Positions 10,523 to 22,609 of a stretch of 64,000 bases of DNA are shown one piece after another. Source of the DNA: an uncultured Arcobacter sp. (GTDB lineage Bacteria > Campylobacterota > Campylobacteria > Campylobacterales > Arcobacteraceae); assembly GCA_965140705.1 (NCBI GenBank), contig OZ223300.1, forward strand, positions 960,001 to 1,024,000, read 5' to 3'. The position numbers were made by a program, and so were the translations under genes. The notes beneath the pieces were generated by a model that was given only the letters and a program-made list of their open reading frames with translations, searched no databases and had not been told where the DNA came from. Every line of letters begins with the position of its first letter. Position 1 is the stretch's first letter.

Positions 10523-12664
10523 TTAGTTTTTGTTATATGCATCTTTTTTTGAAAAAAACTCAATCACTTTTGCTTTTTTTTCTATAATTTTACGCACTTC
10601 ATCTCTATTTTTTTTATCAATTTCAAATTCTATATCACAATATTGAATATAGCTATGTTGTTCTCTTCCATAACTAACTGATAAAATATAACCTTCATAT
10701 TGACTCATGTACGTTAATAGTTTGGCTAATTCACCTTTTGTATTTTGTAAACTTACAACCATTTTGTATTGATAAAGTTCATTTTCTATCCATTTACAAA
10801 AAAGCATCTCTTTTTCTGCTTTTATTTTTTTATAGGCCTTATCACACATTTTATGGTGAATTATTGCTTTATTACCTTCTTTGAAAGCTACTATATCATC
10901 ACCAACTTTTGGATGACAACAGTGTTCAAAAGAAATTGAACTAATAGAATAGTTAGAATATATAAGTATATTCTCAAATTTATACTCTTTTAGTTTTTTG
11001 GGAATTAATTTAAATCGTTCTACAAAATTCATATTTTCTTGAATCTTTTTCTCAATCATTTTTTTTGTATGTTTTAAATAATCCAATAATAAAGGAATTT
11101 TATAGACATTTTCAATTTTATGATCTGCTACAATATATGCTTTGTATTTTGCGAAAATAGTATTTAATATATTTCTACCACTATATTCATTTATCTCTTT
11201 ATCCCTTTGAGTACATAAAAATTTTATTTGTTTTTTTGCTCTATTTGTTCTTACCATATGAATCCAAGAACATCTTGGAATATTATGATCTGTTGTATTA
11301 ATAGAGACTATATCACTACTTTTTAATTCTGTTAATAAAGGTTTTCTCACCTTATTTATATAACAATCAACAGCTTTATTTCCAACATCTGTATGAATCA
11401 TATAAGCATAATCATATGCTGTTGCACCCCTAGGAAGAGTAAAAGTATCTCCTCTTGGAGAGTAAATTACCATATCCTCAGAATACAAGTCTTCTTTTGC
11501 TTCAGTATAAAATTCTTCTACATTTTCATTTGTATATTCTAGTGATTTTAGCCAATTAAGATTAGGTGAGTGCTTGACTCCACTTTTATATTTCCAATGG
11601 GCTGCAATTCCATATTCTGCGACTTTATGCATCTCAAATGTTCTGATTTGTACTTCATGAATTTTTGAATTAAAGAAAACAGTTGAGTGGATTGTTTGAT
11701 AACCATTCTCTTTAGGTGTTGCAACATAATCTTTAAATCTTGAGATTAAAGGTTTATATTCTAAATGGATATGTCCTAAAACTTTATAACAATCAATCTC
11801 TTTATTTACAAGAATTCGTATTGCCATAAGATCTAAAATCTCATCAATTGTTACACCTTTTCTTTGTATTTTCATGTAAATAGAGTAGTGATGTTTTACC
11901 CTTGAAAATATTTTAACTTTACTCTCATCATAACCATTTTTTTCTAAAAGCATTTTTGTTGAAGATATAAATTGGTTAAAGCCTATTTGAATCGTTTGTT
12001 GATTCTCTTTCATAAAATCATCAATTTTTTTATATTCATCTGGGTAAATATAAAAAAATGCTAAATCTTCTAACTCATTTTTAATAGTAGAAATACCAAG
12101 TCTATGAGCAATAGGTACATAAACAACTAAAGTCTCTTCTGCTATTCTAAATTGCTTTTTAGGAGGCAGTGCTGAAAGTGTTAGCATATTATGGAGTCTA
12201 TCACAAAGTTTAACTACTAAAACTCTTGGATCATCAATTGAAGCTACTAATAGTTTTCTAAAAGTTAAGGCTGAAGTAACTATTTTTTTATCTGAATCGG
12301 AAGATACTAATTCACTCTCTCTAATCTCATCAATTTTTGTTAAGCCATCAACAATATAAGAGATATCTTCACCCCATCTTTCTTTTACAAATTCTAAAGA
12401 ATATTGAGTGTCTTCAACCACATCATGAAGTAGGGCAGCTGCCACAATTGATTCTTCAGCTGAAAAGTGTGCAGTTATACAAGCAACCAATAATGGATGT
12501 ACAGCATAAGGTTCACCACTTTTTCTAAATTGGCCTTCATGGGCTTGAATTGAAAAATCAACAATATCTTTTAACTTGGGAGTTATTTCTATTTGAGAGT
12601 TTAATTCAGCATAAGCACCTTTAATAGTGTTTATACGCTGAATTTTATTTATATATGGATCCAT
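10523..12664 (-). CDS. spoT: Bifunctional (p)ppGpp synthetase/hydrolase
   Basis: HD domain (LLHDVVED), synthetase (NGYQTIH, EVQIRT), TGS region. Confidence 0.95.
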   Translation of the reverse strand: MDPYINKIQRINTIKGAYAELNSQIEITPKLKDIVDFSIQAHEGQFRKSGEPYAVHPLLVACITAHFSAEESIVAAALLHDVVEDTQYSLEFVKERWGEDISYIVDGLTKIDEIRESELVSSDSDKKIVTSALTFRKLLVASIDDPRVLVVKLCDRLHNMLTLSALPPKKQFRIAEETLVVYVPIAHRLGISTIKNELEDLAFFYIYPDEYKKIDDFMKENQQTIQIGFNQFISSTKMLLEKNGYDESKVKIFSRVKHHYSIYMKIQRKGVTIDEILDLMAIRILVNKEIDCYKVLGHIHLEYKPLISRFKDYVATPKENGYQTIHSTVFFNSKIHEVQIRTFEMHKVAEYGIAAHWKYKSGVKHSPNLNWLKSLEYTNENVEEFYTEAKEDLYSEDMVIYSPRGDTFTLPRGATAYDYAYMIHTDVGNKAVDCYINKVRKPLLTELKSSDIVSINTTDHNIPRCSWIHMVRTNRAKKQIKFLCTQRDKEINEYSGRNILNTIFAKYKAYIVADHKIENVYKIPLLLDYLKHTKKMIEKKIQENMNFVERFKLIPKKLKEYKFENILIYSNYSISSISFEHCCHPKVGDDIVAFKEGNKAIIHHKMCDKAYKKIKAEKEMLFCKWIENELYQYKMVVSLQNTKGELAKLLTYMSQYEGYILSVSYGREQHSYIQYCDIEFEIDKKNRDEVRKIIEKKAKVIEFFSKKDAYNKN

Positions 12665-12669
12665 ATTTG

Positions 12670-12882
12670 TTATTTGTTTATTAAACCTTCAATAACTAAT
12701 AATCCTTCGCCAATTTCATCGATTGCAATATCTGTGTATTTCATATGTTGAGTGTTTTTTTCTAAAAGCGGTTTTGCACCTTTACTTAGTTCATCAGCTC
12801 TTTGACCAACTGCTAATGCAAGAATATATCTATCGTTGTTTACTCTTTTTAATGCTAGTGATAATCTCTCTTCTAATCTCAT
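12670..12882 (-). CDS. rpoZ: RNA polymerase omega subunit
   Basis: DRYILALAVGQRA..., IAIDEI; directly upstream of spoT. Confidence 0.9.
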   Translation of the reverse strand: MRLEERLSLALKRVNNDRYILALAVGQRADELSKGAKPLLEKNTQHMKYTDIAIDEIGEGLLVIEGLINK

Positions 12883-12895
12883 ACTATTCCTTTTT

Positions 12896-13615
<720 letters not shown>

Positions 13616-13669
13616 TTATTATAATTTGTGGATTATATCTAAATAAAACTAAATACTCATTTAAATAAA

Positions 13670-14737
13670 TTATTGTACTGCCCATTCATAAAAAGGCAAA
13701 ATATTTATTTCTACTTTTTTGTACTTTAAAATGTCATTATTTCCAGCTGTAATTATATATACTTGTTGGATATTTAATTCATCAATTGTAGAATATATCT
13801 TTTTTATAATTGCATTATTTAGAAAAGTATTAAAAAAAGGTATTGCTAAAACTAAAGTTCTTTCCTCTTCGATAAAAAAATCTATTTTTTCTAAATAGTA
13901 TATATTTTTATGCTCTTTTTGTAGTTGGAGAAAAACCATATTTGTAAATTCATTTTTAAATTTTTTATTATGGGAAATTGAGTTTAAAAAAGCGTGATTG
14001 TAAGCATATATTTTTTTTGTAGACTTCTCATGATTATATTTTTTTAAGAAAAATATTAATTGATTTGCTTCATAAAATTTACAAAGTTCGTAAAATCTAT
14101 CTTTTGATATTTTAATGCTTTTTTTTAGTATTGTAAAGAGTTGATTTATTGATTTATTTTCATCTATTGAAGAAAAAAGTAGTTTTAAAACCTCTATTTC
14201 TGTACTATCTTTACAAAAAAGTTTAATGATTTCTTGTAGTCGATTAACTCTTTTATTTTCATCAATTGCAATCATTTCTGGCAAATTACCATATTTTAAA
14301 AAGTGATTAAAGGAAGTAGTTGAATTTTGGTACTTATTATCATGTAATAAATACTCTTCAAAATCTAAACCATGTACAAAAATTGTTTTGAATCCATTTA
14401 TCTCTTTATAATTTGAACTTGTGATTAAAATAGTTTCTACTAAGGGAAGTTCAAAATCAAAATCAAAGTTTTCTAAAACTAAAATTTTGATTTTTTTCTC
14501 TTTTATAAAATCATCTAAAAATAAAATAATCTCATCTTTATGATTTCTAAAATCATTAAAATTTATATATAAATACTCTTCACTATCAAAGTTTGATAAA
14601 TAGTCATAAATTAGATAACTCTTACCAGTCTTTGGTGGACCACATACAATAGTTTTAGGATGGGTTATTTTTTCTTTTCTCTCTTGAAAATTTATTTTAT
14701 TAAATTCTAACTCATAACAAGCATCTAAAATTTTCAT
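13670..14737 (-). CDS. AAA_14/DUF4143-like ATP-binding protein
   Basis: Walker A GPPKTGKS, LDFEEY, YGNLP, C-terminal KIDF. Confidence 0.65.
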   Translation of the reverse strand: MKILDACYELEFNKINFQERKEKITHPKTIVCGPPKTGKSYLIYDYLSNFDSEEYLYINFNDFRNHKDEIILFLDDFIKEKKIKILVLENFDFDFELPLVETILITSSNYKEINGFKTIFVHGLDFEEYLLHDNKYQNSTTSFNHFLKYGNLPEMIAIDENKRVNRLQEIIKLFCKDSTEIEVLKLLFSSIDENKSINQLFTILKKSIKISKDRFYELCKFYEANQLIFFLKKYNHEKSTKKIYAYNHAFLNSISHNKKFKNEFTNMVFLQLQKEHKNIYYLEKIDFFIEEERTLVLAIPFFNTFLNNAIIKKIYSTIDELNIQQVYIITAGNNDILKYKKVEINILPFYEWAVQ

Positions 14738-14741
14738 ATGA

Positions 14742-15686
14742 TTAGTTACTTAATTTAATAGCTTCTTTTACTGCATTTACATAACTTTTTAAAGATACTT
14801 TGGAGTTTTTATAAGCTATATCAAATGCAGTTCCATGATCTACAGAGGTTCTAATAATTGGAATATTTAAACTCACGTTTATACTTTGTTCAAAATATAA
14901 AGATTTTAAGGGAATTAGCCCTTGATCGTGGTACATACAAACATAATATTGATAATATTTTCTGTTCATTGGTGAAAAGGCAGTATCTGGTACTAATGGA
15001 CCTTTAAAGATATTTTTCCCTATTTCTTTATTTGCTTTTTTAATAGCTTTTATAATCTCAACTTCTTCATCCCCTAAAACTCCATTATCACTTGCATGTG
15101 GATTAAGGCCTAAGACTGCAATGTTATCTTGTTTTACATTTTCATAAAAATCTAATAAAAATTTAGTGATTTTTTCTTCTTCTATTTTTTTTGCTACTTT
15201 TCTAAGTGCAATATGTTCTGTATACAAAGCTACAAACAATTTAGAACATCCAAGCATCATAATTGCATCTTTGCCAAAATAATCCCTTAGAACTTCAGTA
15301 TGCCCCTTATAATGAATTTTTGCTCTATTCCAAGATTCCTTATTTATAGGTAAGGTTACTATTGCATCAACTTTTTTCTTTGAAGCTAGCTTAATTGCTG
15401 TTGTAAAAGAATCAAATGAATAAGCACCTGCATCTTTTGCTACAATTCCTGGTCTAATTACAAATTTACCTTTTACTTTTTCAAGTTCGAAGTCTTTTGG
15501 AATGTCAAGATTTAATAGTTTAGCACCATCTTTTAGTAAATCTTTATTTATACAATAAACGGGAGAACAGTATTTTTTAATTTTTTCATGTGCTTCTAAA
15601 GCAATTTGTAGTCCAATACCATTTAGATCTCCAATTGATATTGCAACTTTTTTTTTACTAATTTCTGCGTCAATTACTTTTGTCAT
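14742..15686 (-). CDS. pdxA: 4-hydroxythreonine-4-phosphate dehydrogenase
   Basis: GHTE, GLNPHA, MYHDQGLIPLK, RTSVDHGTAFDIA. Confidence 0.96.
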   Translation of the reverse strand: MTKVIDAEISKKKVAISIGDLNGIGLQIALEAHEKIKKYCSPVYCINKDLLKDGAKLLNLDIPKDFELEKVKGKFVIRPGIVAKDAGAYSFDSFTTAIKLASKKKVDAIVTLPINKESWNRAKIHYKGHTEVLRDYFGKDAIMMLGCSKLFVALYTEHIALRKVAKKIEEEKITKFLLDFYENVKQDNIAVLGLNPHASDNGVLGDEEVEIIKAIKKANKEIGKNIFKGPLVPDTAFSPMNRKYYQYYVCMYHDQGLIPLKSLYFEQSINVSLNIPIIRTSVDHGTAFDIAYKNSKVSLKSYVNAVKEAIKLSN

Positions 15687-15691
15687 ACTTC

Positions 15692-16474
15692 TTAATCCTT
15701 GATAAGATTTTTCATCTCAATAATTGCATCTTTTAAGCCAGTAAAAACTGACCGTGCTATTATACTTTGTCCAATATTTAATTCACTTATTTGTTTTATT
15801 CTTGAAATCATCGTTACATTTTGATAATTTAGACCATGTCCTGCAGCAACTTTTAAGTCTAGCTCTTTGGCAAATATTGAAGCTTTTTTAATCTCTTTTC
15901 TTGCTTTTGTTAGAAGTTTTTTTAAATCTTCCCTTGGTAATTCTAACTCTTTAATACTATGGTGTGTATTATTTAAATTACCATGTAACATTGCATATAC
16001 ATTTGCAAAAGTTCCAGTATGAAGTTCACACCATTCAACTTGTAGTTGTTGCGATAACTCTATCATATCTTTTGTAGGATCAATAAAAAGTGAAACTTCA
16101 ATCTCATTTTCATGAAGTTTATCAACAGCATTTTTTATTCTTTCAAAGTTTGATTTTAAATCTAAACCACCTTCAGTTGTAACTTCTTCTCTATTTTCAG
16201 GAACAAGTGTTACCCGAGAGGGTTTAAATTTACATGCGATATCTATGATTTTTTCATTGATTGAGCACTCTAAATTAACTGGAAGAGTTGATAATTTTAT
16301 AATATTTTTTGCATCATTATCATGGATATGTCGTCTATCTTCTCTTAAGTGAATTGTAATTTGTTCAGCACCTGCTAATTTACAAATTCCAAGGGCATCA
16401 AGTGGGTTTGGGTCATTTATTTTTCTGGCTTCTCTTAATACAGCAATATGATCTATGTTTACGCCAAGTAGCAA
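15692..16474 (-). CDS. pdxJ: Pyridoxine 5'-phosphate synthase
   Basis: LGVNIDHIA, HLREDRRHI, TTEGGLD, AGHGL. Confidence 0.97.
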   Translation of the reverse strand: MLLGVNIDHIAVLREARKINDPNPLDALGICKLAGAEQITIHLREDRRHIHDNDAKNIIKLSTLPVNLECSINEKIIDIACKFKPSRVTLVPENREEVTTEGGLDLKSNFERIKNAVDKLHENEIEVSLFIDPTKDMIELSQQLQVEWCELHTGTFANVYAMLHGNLNNTHHSIKELELPREDLKKLLTKARKEIKKASIFAKELDLKVAAGHGLNYQNVTMISRIKQISELNIGQSIIARSVFTGLKDAIIEMKNLIKD

Positions 16475-16485
16475 AATTTATCCTT

Positions 16486-16530
16486 TTAATATTGGGTATA
16501 GTTTTAGAATAACATAATATCCAATATTAA
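16486..16530. terminator. Inverted repeat between trpE and pdxJ (terminator or RNA hairpin)
   Basis: TTAATATTGGGTAT ... ATATCCAATATTAA, 14 bp arms with one non-Watson-Crick pair. Confidence 0.35.
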
Positions 16531-16552
16531 TTAAGATAAATCTTTTAATATT

Positions 16553-17962
16553 TTATGATAAGTCTTTTAGTGTTGAAATATTAGCAGCAAGTTTATTCTG
16601 AACTTCTAAATACTCAAGTTCTGGAATTGAATCTGCAACTACTCCCGCTCCTGCTTGGAATATTACTTTGTCTTTTGTTAGCATTGTACTTCTAATAGTA
16701 ATTGCACTATCCATATTTCCATCAAAACCAAAATAAGCAATACTTCCTGAATAAAAATTTCTTTTTATTCCTTCAAATTGCGCAATTAATTCCATCGCTC
16801 TTATTTTTGGAGCTCCTGTCATTGTTCCTGCTGTAAAAGTAGCTGCAAAAAGGTCAAACATGTCATATTTATCATCAATAACTGCTTCCACATCAGTTAC
16901 CATGTGCATTACATGAGAATATCTTTCTACTCTCATCAAATCAGTTACTTTTACAGTTCCAGGTTTTGCACATCTCCCCACATCATTTCTTCCAAGGTCG
17001 ATTAACATAATATGTTCCGCTCTCTCTTTTATATCAGAAAGAAGTTCATTTTCCATTTCCAAATCTTTGTCTATGTTTTTACCTCTTTTTCTAGTACCTG
17101 CTATTGGTCTTAAAAGTATATGTCCATCTACAAGTCTAACCATAACTTCAGGAGAACTTCCTGCAATTGAAAAATCTTCAAATTCAAGTAAAAAAAGGTA
17201 AGGGCTAGGATTTTTACTTCTTAGTGCTCTATAAAAACTCAAGTGGTCTACAATAGCTTTTTGAGTGAATCTATTTGACATAAGTATTTGAAAAACATCA
17301 CCACTTCTTATCATTTCTTTTGATTTTGATACCATTTCAAAAAATTGTTCTTTTGTATAGTTGAATTTTCCCTCATCTAAAAGTTCAGCTTTTTTTAATG
17401 GTAGGAATTCATAAGGAGTAAATAAATTTTTTTCAATAACTTCTAAATCATTTTTATATTTTTCACAACTAGTAACAATTACAAGCTTAGAAGTTTTATG
17501 TGAAAATCCTAAAATAATCTTTGGTCGTATTAAGTCCAAATCAGGAATATTTAATTCATCAATCAAGGGGTCCATATATGGTTTTAAAACTGGTTCAAAC
17601 TCTTTACCAATATCATAACCAACATTACCAATAAAACCATCAATTAATCCAATTCCCAATTCCAAAGATTTTTGTTTATAAAACTCTTTATCAAAGTTTT
17701 TATAATACTCTTTTAAAAATTTAAGTGGATTAGAATTTACTTCTTTTATTTCACCTTTTTCATTTCTGAAAAATGTTGTTGAGCCTTCATGCCATACTCT
17801 CTCTCTTGCTCCAAGTAAAATATAAGAGTAGTTTCCCTCAGTTGAATTGATTGTACTTTCAAATAAAAAAGTAATTTCATCTTTATAGATGTCTTTTACT
17901 TTTTTATAAATTGATACGGGTGTAAATTGGTCTAAAAATAGTTCTTTTGAAAAAATCTGCAT
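16553..17962 (-). CDS. trpE: Anthranilate synthase component I
   Basis: [44 protein letters not shown]. Confidence 0.9.
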   Translation of the reverse strand: MQIFSKELFLDQFTPVSIYKKVKDIYKDEITFLFESTINSTEGNYSYILLGARERVWHEGSTTFFRNEKGEIKEVNSNPLKFLKEYYKNFDKEFYKQKSLELGIGLIDGFIGNVGYDIGKEFEPVLKPYMDPLIDELNIPDLDLIRPKIILGFSHKTSKLVIVTSCEKYKNDLEVIEKNLFTPYEFLPLKKAELLDEGKFNYTKEQFFEMVSKSKEMIRSGDVFQILMSNRFTQKAIVDHLSFYRALRSKNPSPYLFLLEFEDFSIAGSSPEVMVRLVDGHILLRPIAGTRKRGKNIDKDLEMENELLSDIKERAEHIMLIDLGRNDVGRCAKPGTVKVTDLMRVERYSHVMHMVTDVEAVIDDKYDMFDLFAATFTAGTMTGAPKIRAMELIAQFEGIKRNFYSGSIAYFGFDGNMDSAITIRSTMLTKDKVIFQAGAGVVADSIPELEYLEVQNKLAANISTLKDLS

Positions 17963-17977
17963 ACAGTTTGAACCTTA

Positions 17978-18958
17978 TTAAAATTTCAAAATAAAAGCGC
18001 TACTAATGTTAAGTTTTGATTTAACATTATTCATATTATTGATTGCATCACTTCTAGATTTAAATGGACCTACTAATACTTTTGTAAAAGTTGTACCTTT
18101 GACATTTACTTTGTAAAAAACATATTTAAGATTACTTTTTCTTAGGTTATCCATATATTTTTTGTCTATATTTTTTGAAAAGGCTCCAACTTGAATAAAA
18201 GTACCTTTTGGTTCATTAGTTAAAATTTTCTTTGTAGTTTTCACTACTGGTTTAGGAGCTGGTTTTTCTACTACTTTTTTAACTACTGGTTTTTTGACAA
18301 CAGGTTTTGCTTTCTCTACTTTTTTCTCTGTAGCCTTTTTTGCCTCTACATTAAAGATATCTTTTTTTAACTCTTTAGCTTTTTCAACTTCTTTTGGAGA
18401 AGGTTCTGGAGCAGAGACTTTTTTCTCTTCTTTTTGAATATTGTTAAGATCCATTGCTTCTGTTATATCTTTATTTTGCTTTTCAGTTTTTTTATTTAAA
18501 TCTTCAATGCTTTTTAGCTTCTCATTTACTATTTTTTGATATTGCTGTTCAATATTGTCATTTAAGGGTTTGTCTTGTTCAATAGTCTCTTTTTTTGTTA
18601 ATGAATCATCTTCAACTTTAGTTTGGTTATCTAAAAGACGAAAGATTATAATCGTTATCAAAAATAAAACTGCTAAAACTAGTCCTAATACAATATACTT
18701 TTTCTTATTGTCTTTATTTTGTGAAGAGTTACTTGCTCCTAACAAAATATCATCTAATTCTGACTCAGTTTTATTAACTTCTTCTTCATAAGTAAAATTA
18801 TCATTACTTGCATAAGGATTATTTTGTTCATATGGGTTCTTCGAAGAAGAATTTATGTTTTTAGCTTGTGACTCTAGTTCCATCAATCTCTCCTCTAATT
18901 CTGTTTGTTCCCTTTTTATTTGAACATTTTTTATAAAATCTTCGCCTTTTATTTCCAT
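17978..18958 (-). CDS. Single-pass membrane SPOR-domain cell division protein
   Basis: One TM helix, K/P/V-rich linker, C-terminal IQVGAF...VLVGPF. Confidence 0.85.
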   Translation of the reverse strand: MEIKGEDFIKNVQIKREQTELEERLMELESQAKNINSSSKNPYEQNNPYASNDNFTYEEEVNKTESELDDILLGASNSSQNKDNKKKYIVLGLVLAVLFLITIIIFRLLDNQTKVEDDSLTKKETIEQDKPLNDNIEQQYQKIVNEKLKSIEDLNKKTEKQNKDITEAMDLNNIQKEEKKVSAPEPSPKEVEKAKELKKDIFNVEAKKATEKKVEKAKPVVKKPVVKKVVEKPAPKPVVKTTKKILTNEPKGTFIQVGAFSKNIDKKYMDNLRKSNLKYVFYKVNVKGTTFTKVLVGPFKSRSDAINNMNNVKSKLNISSAFILKF

Positions 18959-18980
18959 AATAAGCCTTTATTACTATTTA

Positions 18981-20243
18981 TTAATATGTAGAACTAGTAT
19001 AAATAACGAAATTTTTAGCTAATTCTTCTAACTCTTTTTTAATTTTTGCTTGTAATTGGGTATTTTCAATATCATCTAAAACATCACAAATTTTATTTGC
19101 AATTATTTCAAACTCTTTTTCTTTCATCCCTCTACTTGTAAGTGCTGGACTACCGATTCTAACACCACTTGTTACAAATGGGCTTCTAGTTTCACCAGGA
19201 ACTGTATTTTTATTTACAGTAATCCCTGCATTTCCTAAAGCTGCATCTGCATCTTTACCACTAAATGGCTTATTTAAAAATGATACTAAAATTAAGTGAT
19301 TATCTGTTCCACCACTTACGATATCATATCCTCTTTTCATTAACACATCAGCTAAAACTTTTGCATTTGCTTTAACTTGTTTTGCATACTCTTTCCATGA
19401 TGGGTCAAGAATCTCTTTAAATGCAACTGCTTTTGCAGCCATAACGTGAACTAATGGTCCACCTTGAAGTCCTGGGAAAATTGCTGAATTTATTTTTTTA
19501 GCGATATCTTCATCATCTGTTAAAATAAGTCCACCTCTTGGTCCTCTCAATGTCTTATGTGTAGTTGTTGTTACAACATGTGCATGAGGAAATGGTGATG
19601 GATGTTCTCCAGCAGCAACAAGACCAGCAATATGTGCAATATCTGCAAATAAAATAGCTCCAACTGCATCAGCTATTTCTCTAAATTTAGCAAAATCAAT
19701 CTCTCTTGCATAAGCACTAGCCCCACAAACAATAATTTTTGGTTGTGTAACTTTTGCTATTTCCATAACTTTGTCATAATTAATTCTACCATCAAGTTCT
19801 ACACCATAATAAAATGCTTGATAATTTTTACCTGAAAATGAAGGTTTAGACCCATGAGTTAAATGTCCACCATGAGATAAGTCCATACCTAAAATTTTAT
19901 CACCAGCATTTATTAGTGCCGCATAAACTGCACCATTTGCTTGACTACCTGCATGTGGTTGTACGTTTGCAAATTTACAACCAAAAATTTCACAAGCTCT
20001 ATCAATAGCTAATTGCTCAGCTTTATCAGCAAATTCACATCCTCCATAATATCTTTTATATGGATAACCTTCTGCATATTTGTTAGTAAATACAGAACCC
20101 ATAGTTTGCATTACAGCTGGACTTGTAAAGTTTTCACTTGCAATCATCTCTAAGTGTGTAGTTTGTCTTTCTAACTCATTTTCTAAAATATCAAAAATCT
20201 CTTTATCTGCTTGTTCTAAATTATTATTACTAATATAACTCAT
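18981..20243 (-). CDS. glyA: Serine hydroxymethyltransferase
   Basis: [25 protein letters not shown]. Confidence 0.98.
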   Translation of the reverse strand: MSYISNNNLEQADKEIFDILENELERQTTHLEMIASENFTSPAVMQTMGSVFTNKYAEGYPYKRYYGGCEFADKAEQLAIDRACEIFGCKFANVQPHAGSQANGAVYAALINAGDKILGMDLSHGGHLTHGSKPSFSGKNYQAFYYGVELDGRINYDKVMEIAKVTQPKIIVCGASAYAREIDFAKFREIADAVGAILFADIAHIAGLVAAGEHPSPFPHAHVVTTTTHKTLRGPRGGLILTDDEDIAKKINSAIFPGLQGGPLVHVMAAKAVAFKEILDPSWKEYAKQVKANAKVLADVLMKRGYDIVSGGTDNHLILVSFLNKPFSGKDADAALGNAGITVNKNTVPGETRSPFVTSGVRIGSPALTSRGMKEKEFEIIANKICDVLDDIENTQLQAKIKKELEELAKNFVIYTSSTY

Positions 20244-20266
20244 TTCTAATTCTCCTGATTTATTAT

Positions 20267-21784
20267 TTATTCTTGGTCTTCTGAATATAAATCTATTTCT
20301 TGCTTGATTGGTTTCATTGCTGGAAATAGTAATACATCCCTAATACTATGTTGATTTGTTAACATCATAACAAGTCTATCAATACCTATACCTTGCCCAG
20401 CTGTTGGTGCCATTCCATAAGATAAAGCATTTACAAAGTCTTCATCCATTTCATGTGCTTCATCATCACCTGAATCTTTAGCAGCCATTTGAGCTTCAAA
20501 CCGGCCCAGTTGGTCTAAAGGATCATTTAACTCTGAAAAGGCATTTGCTATCTCTTTACCTGCGATAAATAACTCAAATCTATCTGTTAAATGAGTTTTC
20601 TCATCATTTCTTCTAGCCAATGGAGAAATCTCAACAGGATATTCTGTTATAAATGTTGGGTTAATTAATTTTTCTTCAACATATTCATCAAAAAGTTCAC
20701 CTTGAAGTTGCCCAATATTCATATTTTCATTTACTTCTAGATTTTTTTCTTTCATAAATGCAATGATTTTATCTTTATCTTCAACTATATCTTTAGGAAC
20801 TCCACCAATTTCGTAAAGTGATTGGATTAATGGAATTTCAGAAAATTTATTAAAATCAATTTCAACTTCACCGTATGGTAAGTTAGTTGGTAAATCTAAG
20901 TTTTCAAATAAATATTCAAAATACTCTTTTGTAAGGGCAATTAAATCTTTATATGTTTTATAAGCCCAATAAAATTCAATAGAAGTAAATTCTGGATTAT
21001 GGGTTGCATCCATTCCTTCATTTCTAAAGTTTCTGTTTATTTCAAATACAGCTTCAAATCCACCTACAATTAATCTTTTTAAATATAACTCAGGTGCAAT
21101 TCTTAAAAATCTATCAACACCTAATGCATTGTGATGAGTAGTAAATGGCTTAGCATTTGCTCCCCCTGCAATTGGATGCATCATAGGAGTTTCAACTTCT
21201 AAAAAACCTTTTGATTCAAAAAATCTTCTTGTAAGGCTAATTACTTTACTTCTTATGTGAAAAGTTTTTCTTACTTCACTATTCATAATCAAATCTAAGT
21301 ATCTTTGTCTATATCTTAACTCTTTATCTTGAATACCATGGTATTTTTCTGGTAGTGGAGAAATTGATTTTGTAAGTATTTGCACACTATCCACATGTAA
21401 AGATAATTCACCTTTACCTGTAACAAAAGGATATCCCCCAACTTCAATAATATCACCAACTTCAATATTTTTTTTAAATATGTCGTTGTAAAAACCTTCA
21501 AGTAAATTATCCCTTGCAACATAAATTTGTAATAGTCCACTTTCATCTTCTATTTTTAGAAAAGATGCTTTTCCCATAAGTCTAAAAAATTTAATTCTAC
21601 CACTGACTATGTAGTGTCTTTTTTCATCTCTTTTATCTTCTTTTTGAAAAATATCGCTATTTACATTTAAGTATTTTGCAATAGTTGTATTTCTTTTTGA
21701 TTCATTAGCATAAGGATTTACACCAAGTTCTCTTAAGTTATTTGCTTTTTCAATTCTTTGTTGTATGTATGTATTTTCAAACAA
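20267..21784 (-). CDS. lysS: Lysine-tRNA ligase (class II)
   Basis: [29 protein letters not shown]. Confidence 0.98.
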   Translation of the reverse strand: MFENTYIQQRIEKANNLRELGVNPYANESKRNTTIAKYLNVNSDIFQKEDKRDEKRHYIVSGRIKFFRLMGKASFLKIEDESGLLQIYVARDNLLEGFYNDIFKKNIEVGDIIEVGGYPFVTGKGELSLHVDSVQILTKSISPLPEKYHGIQDKELRYRQRYLDLIMNSEVRKTFHIRSKVISLTRRFFESKGFLEVETPMMHPIAGGANAKPFTTHHNALGVDRFLRIAPELYLKRLIVGGFEAVFEINRNFRNEGMDATHNPEFTSIEFYWAYKTYKDLIALTKEYFEYLFENLDLPTNLPYGEVEIDFNKFSEIPLIQSLYEIGGVPKDIVEDKDKIIAFMKEKNLEVNENMNIGQLQGELFDEYVEEKLINPTFITEYPVEISPLARRNDEKTHLTDRFELFIAGKEIANAFSELNDPLDQLGRFEAQMAAKDSGDDEAHEMDEDFVNALSYGMAPTAGQGIGIDRLVMMLTNQHSIRDVLLFPAMKPIKQEIDLYSEDQE

Positions 21785-21796
21785 TATATAAATCCT

Positions 21797-22546
21797 TTAT
21801 TTCTCTTCTTTTTCTGGTTTTGTAAGAGTATCTTTTATTATCTCTGCACCAGTTTCTTTTACTTTTTGTGCTGCATCTTTTGTAGATTCTATAATTTTAT
21901 CACCTAAAGTCTCTTTTTTAGGAGTTGTTTCAGGTTTTACTTCTTTATTTTCATCTGCAGTAATCTCAGATTTTACATCTTTTTTTGTTTCTTCAACAGT
22001 TGTTTTATTCTCATTAGTAGTTTCAACTACTGGCTCTTCTTTACTACTTGGCAAAAACTTAGAGGTATCAAGTTTAACTATAAATCCACCTGTTTCTACT
22101 AATACTGGAAAAACTATTGATTTAGCAAGTTTTTTATCTAATGAAGCTCTAAATGATTGAATTTGATATAAAGCATAAAAAATTACTGAAATAATTAAAA
22201 ATATTTTAGCTGTACCAAAAACAAATCCGAATAGTCTATTTAGTGCACCCAATCCACTCATTTCACTCATTTTACTTAAGATTGAACCTGCAATATAAAC
22301 TAAAATCCAAAATCCAATTAAAGTAACAACAAATCCGATTAGTGATAACGTAGCATTACTATTTATTCCAATTAGTGGCTTAATAAGATTTCCAACTGTT
22401 TCTGATAACCTTGAAGCTATAAAAATACCTCCAATAATACCTACAAGTCCGAAAACTTCTTTTATAAAACCTTTAAAAAGACCTTTTAGTCCTAAAACTA
22501 CAGAAATCCCAACAATAATCATGTCAAAAGTAGAAAACTCTTGCAT
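21797..22546 (-). CDS. cvpA: CvpA-family membrane protein with charged C-terminal tail
   Basis: GLFKGFIKEV, LNRLFGFVFG, 4-5 TM helices. Confidence 0.8.
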   Translation of the reverse strand: MQEFSTFDMIIVGISVVLGLKGLFKGFIKEVFGLVGIIGGIFIASRLSETVGNLIKPLIGINSNATLSLIGFVVTLIGFWILVYIAGSILSKMSEMSGLGALNRLFGFVFGTAKIFLIISVIFYALYQIQSFRASLDKKLAKSIVFPVLVETGGFIVKLDTSKFLPSSKEEPVVETTNENKTTVEETKKDVKSEITADENKEVKPETTPKKETLGDKIIESTKDAAQKVKETGAEIIKDTLTKPEKEEK

Positions 22547-22609
22547 TTGGTTCCTTTTATATAATATTTGGCAATTATATCGAAAATAGTTAAAAGAAAA
22601 GTTAATGGT

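Noticed and set aside
18230..18345. Repetitive DNA in the SPOR gene
   Set aside because: Explained by the KPVV/EKK low-complexity protein linker
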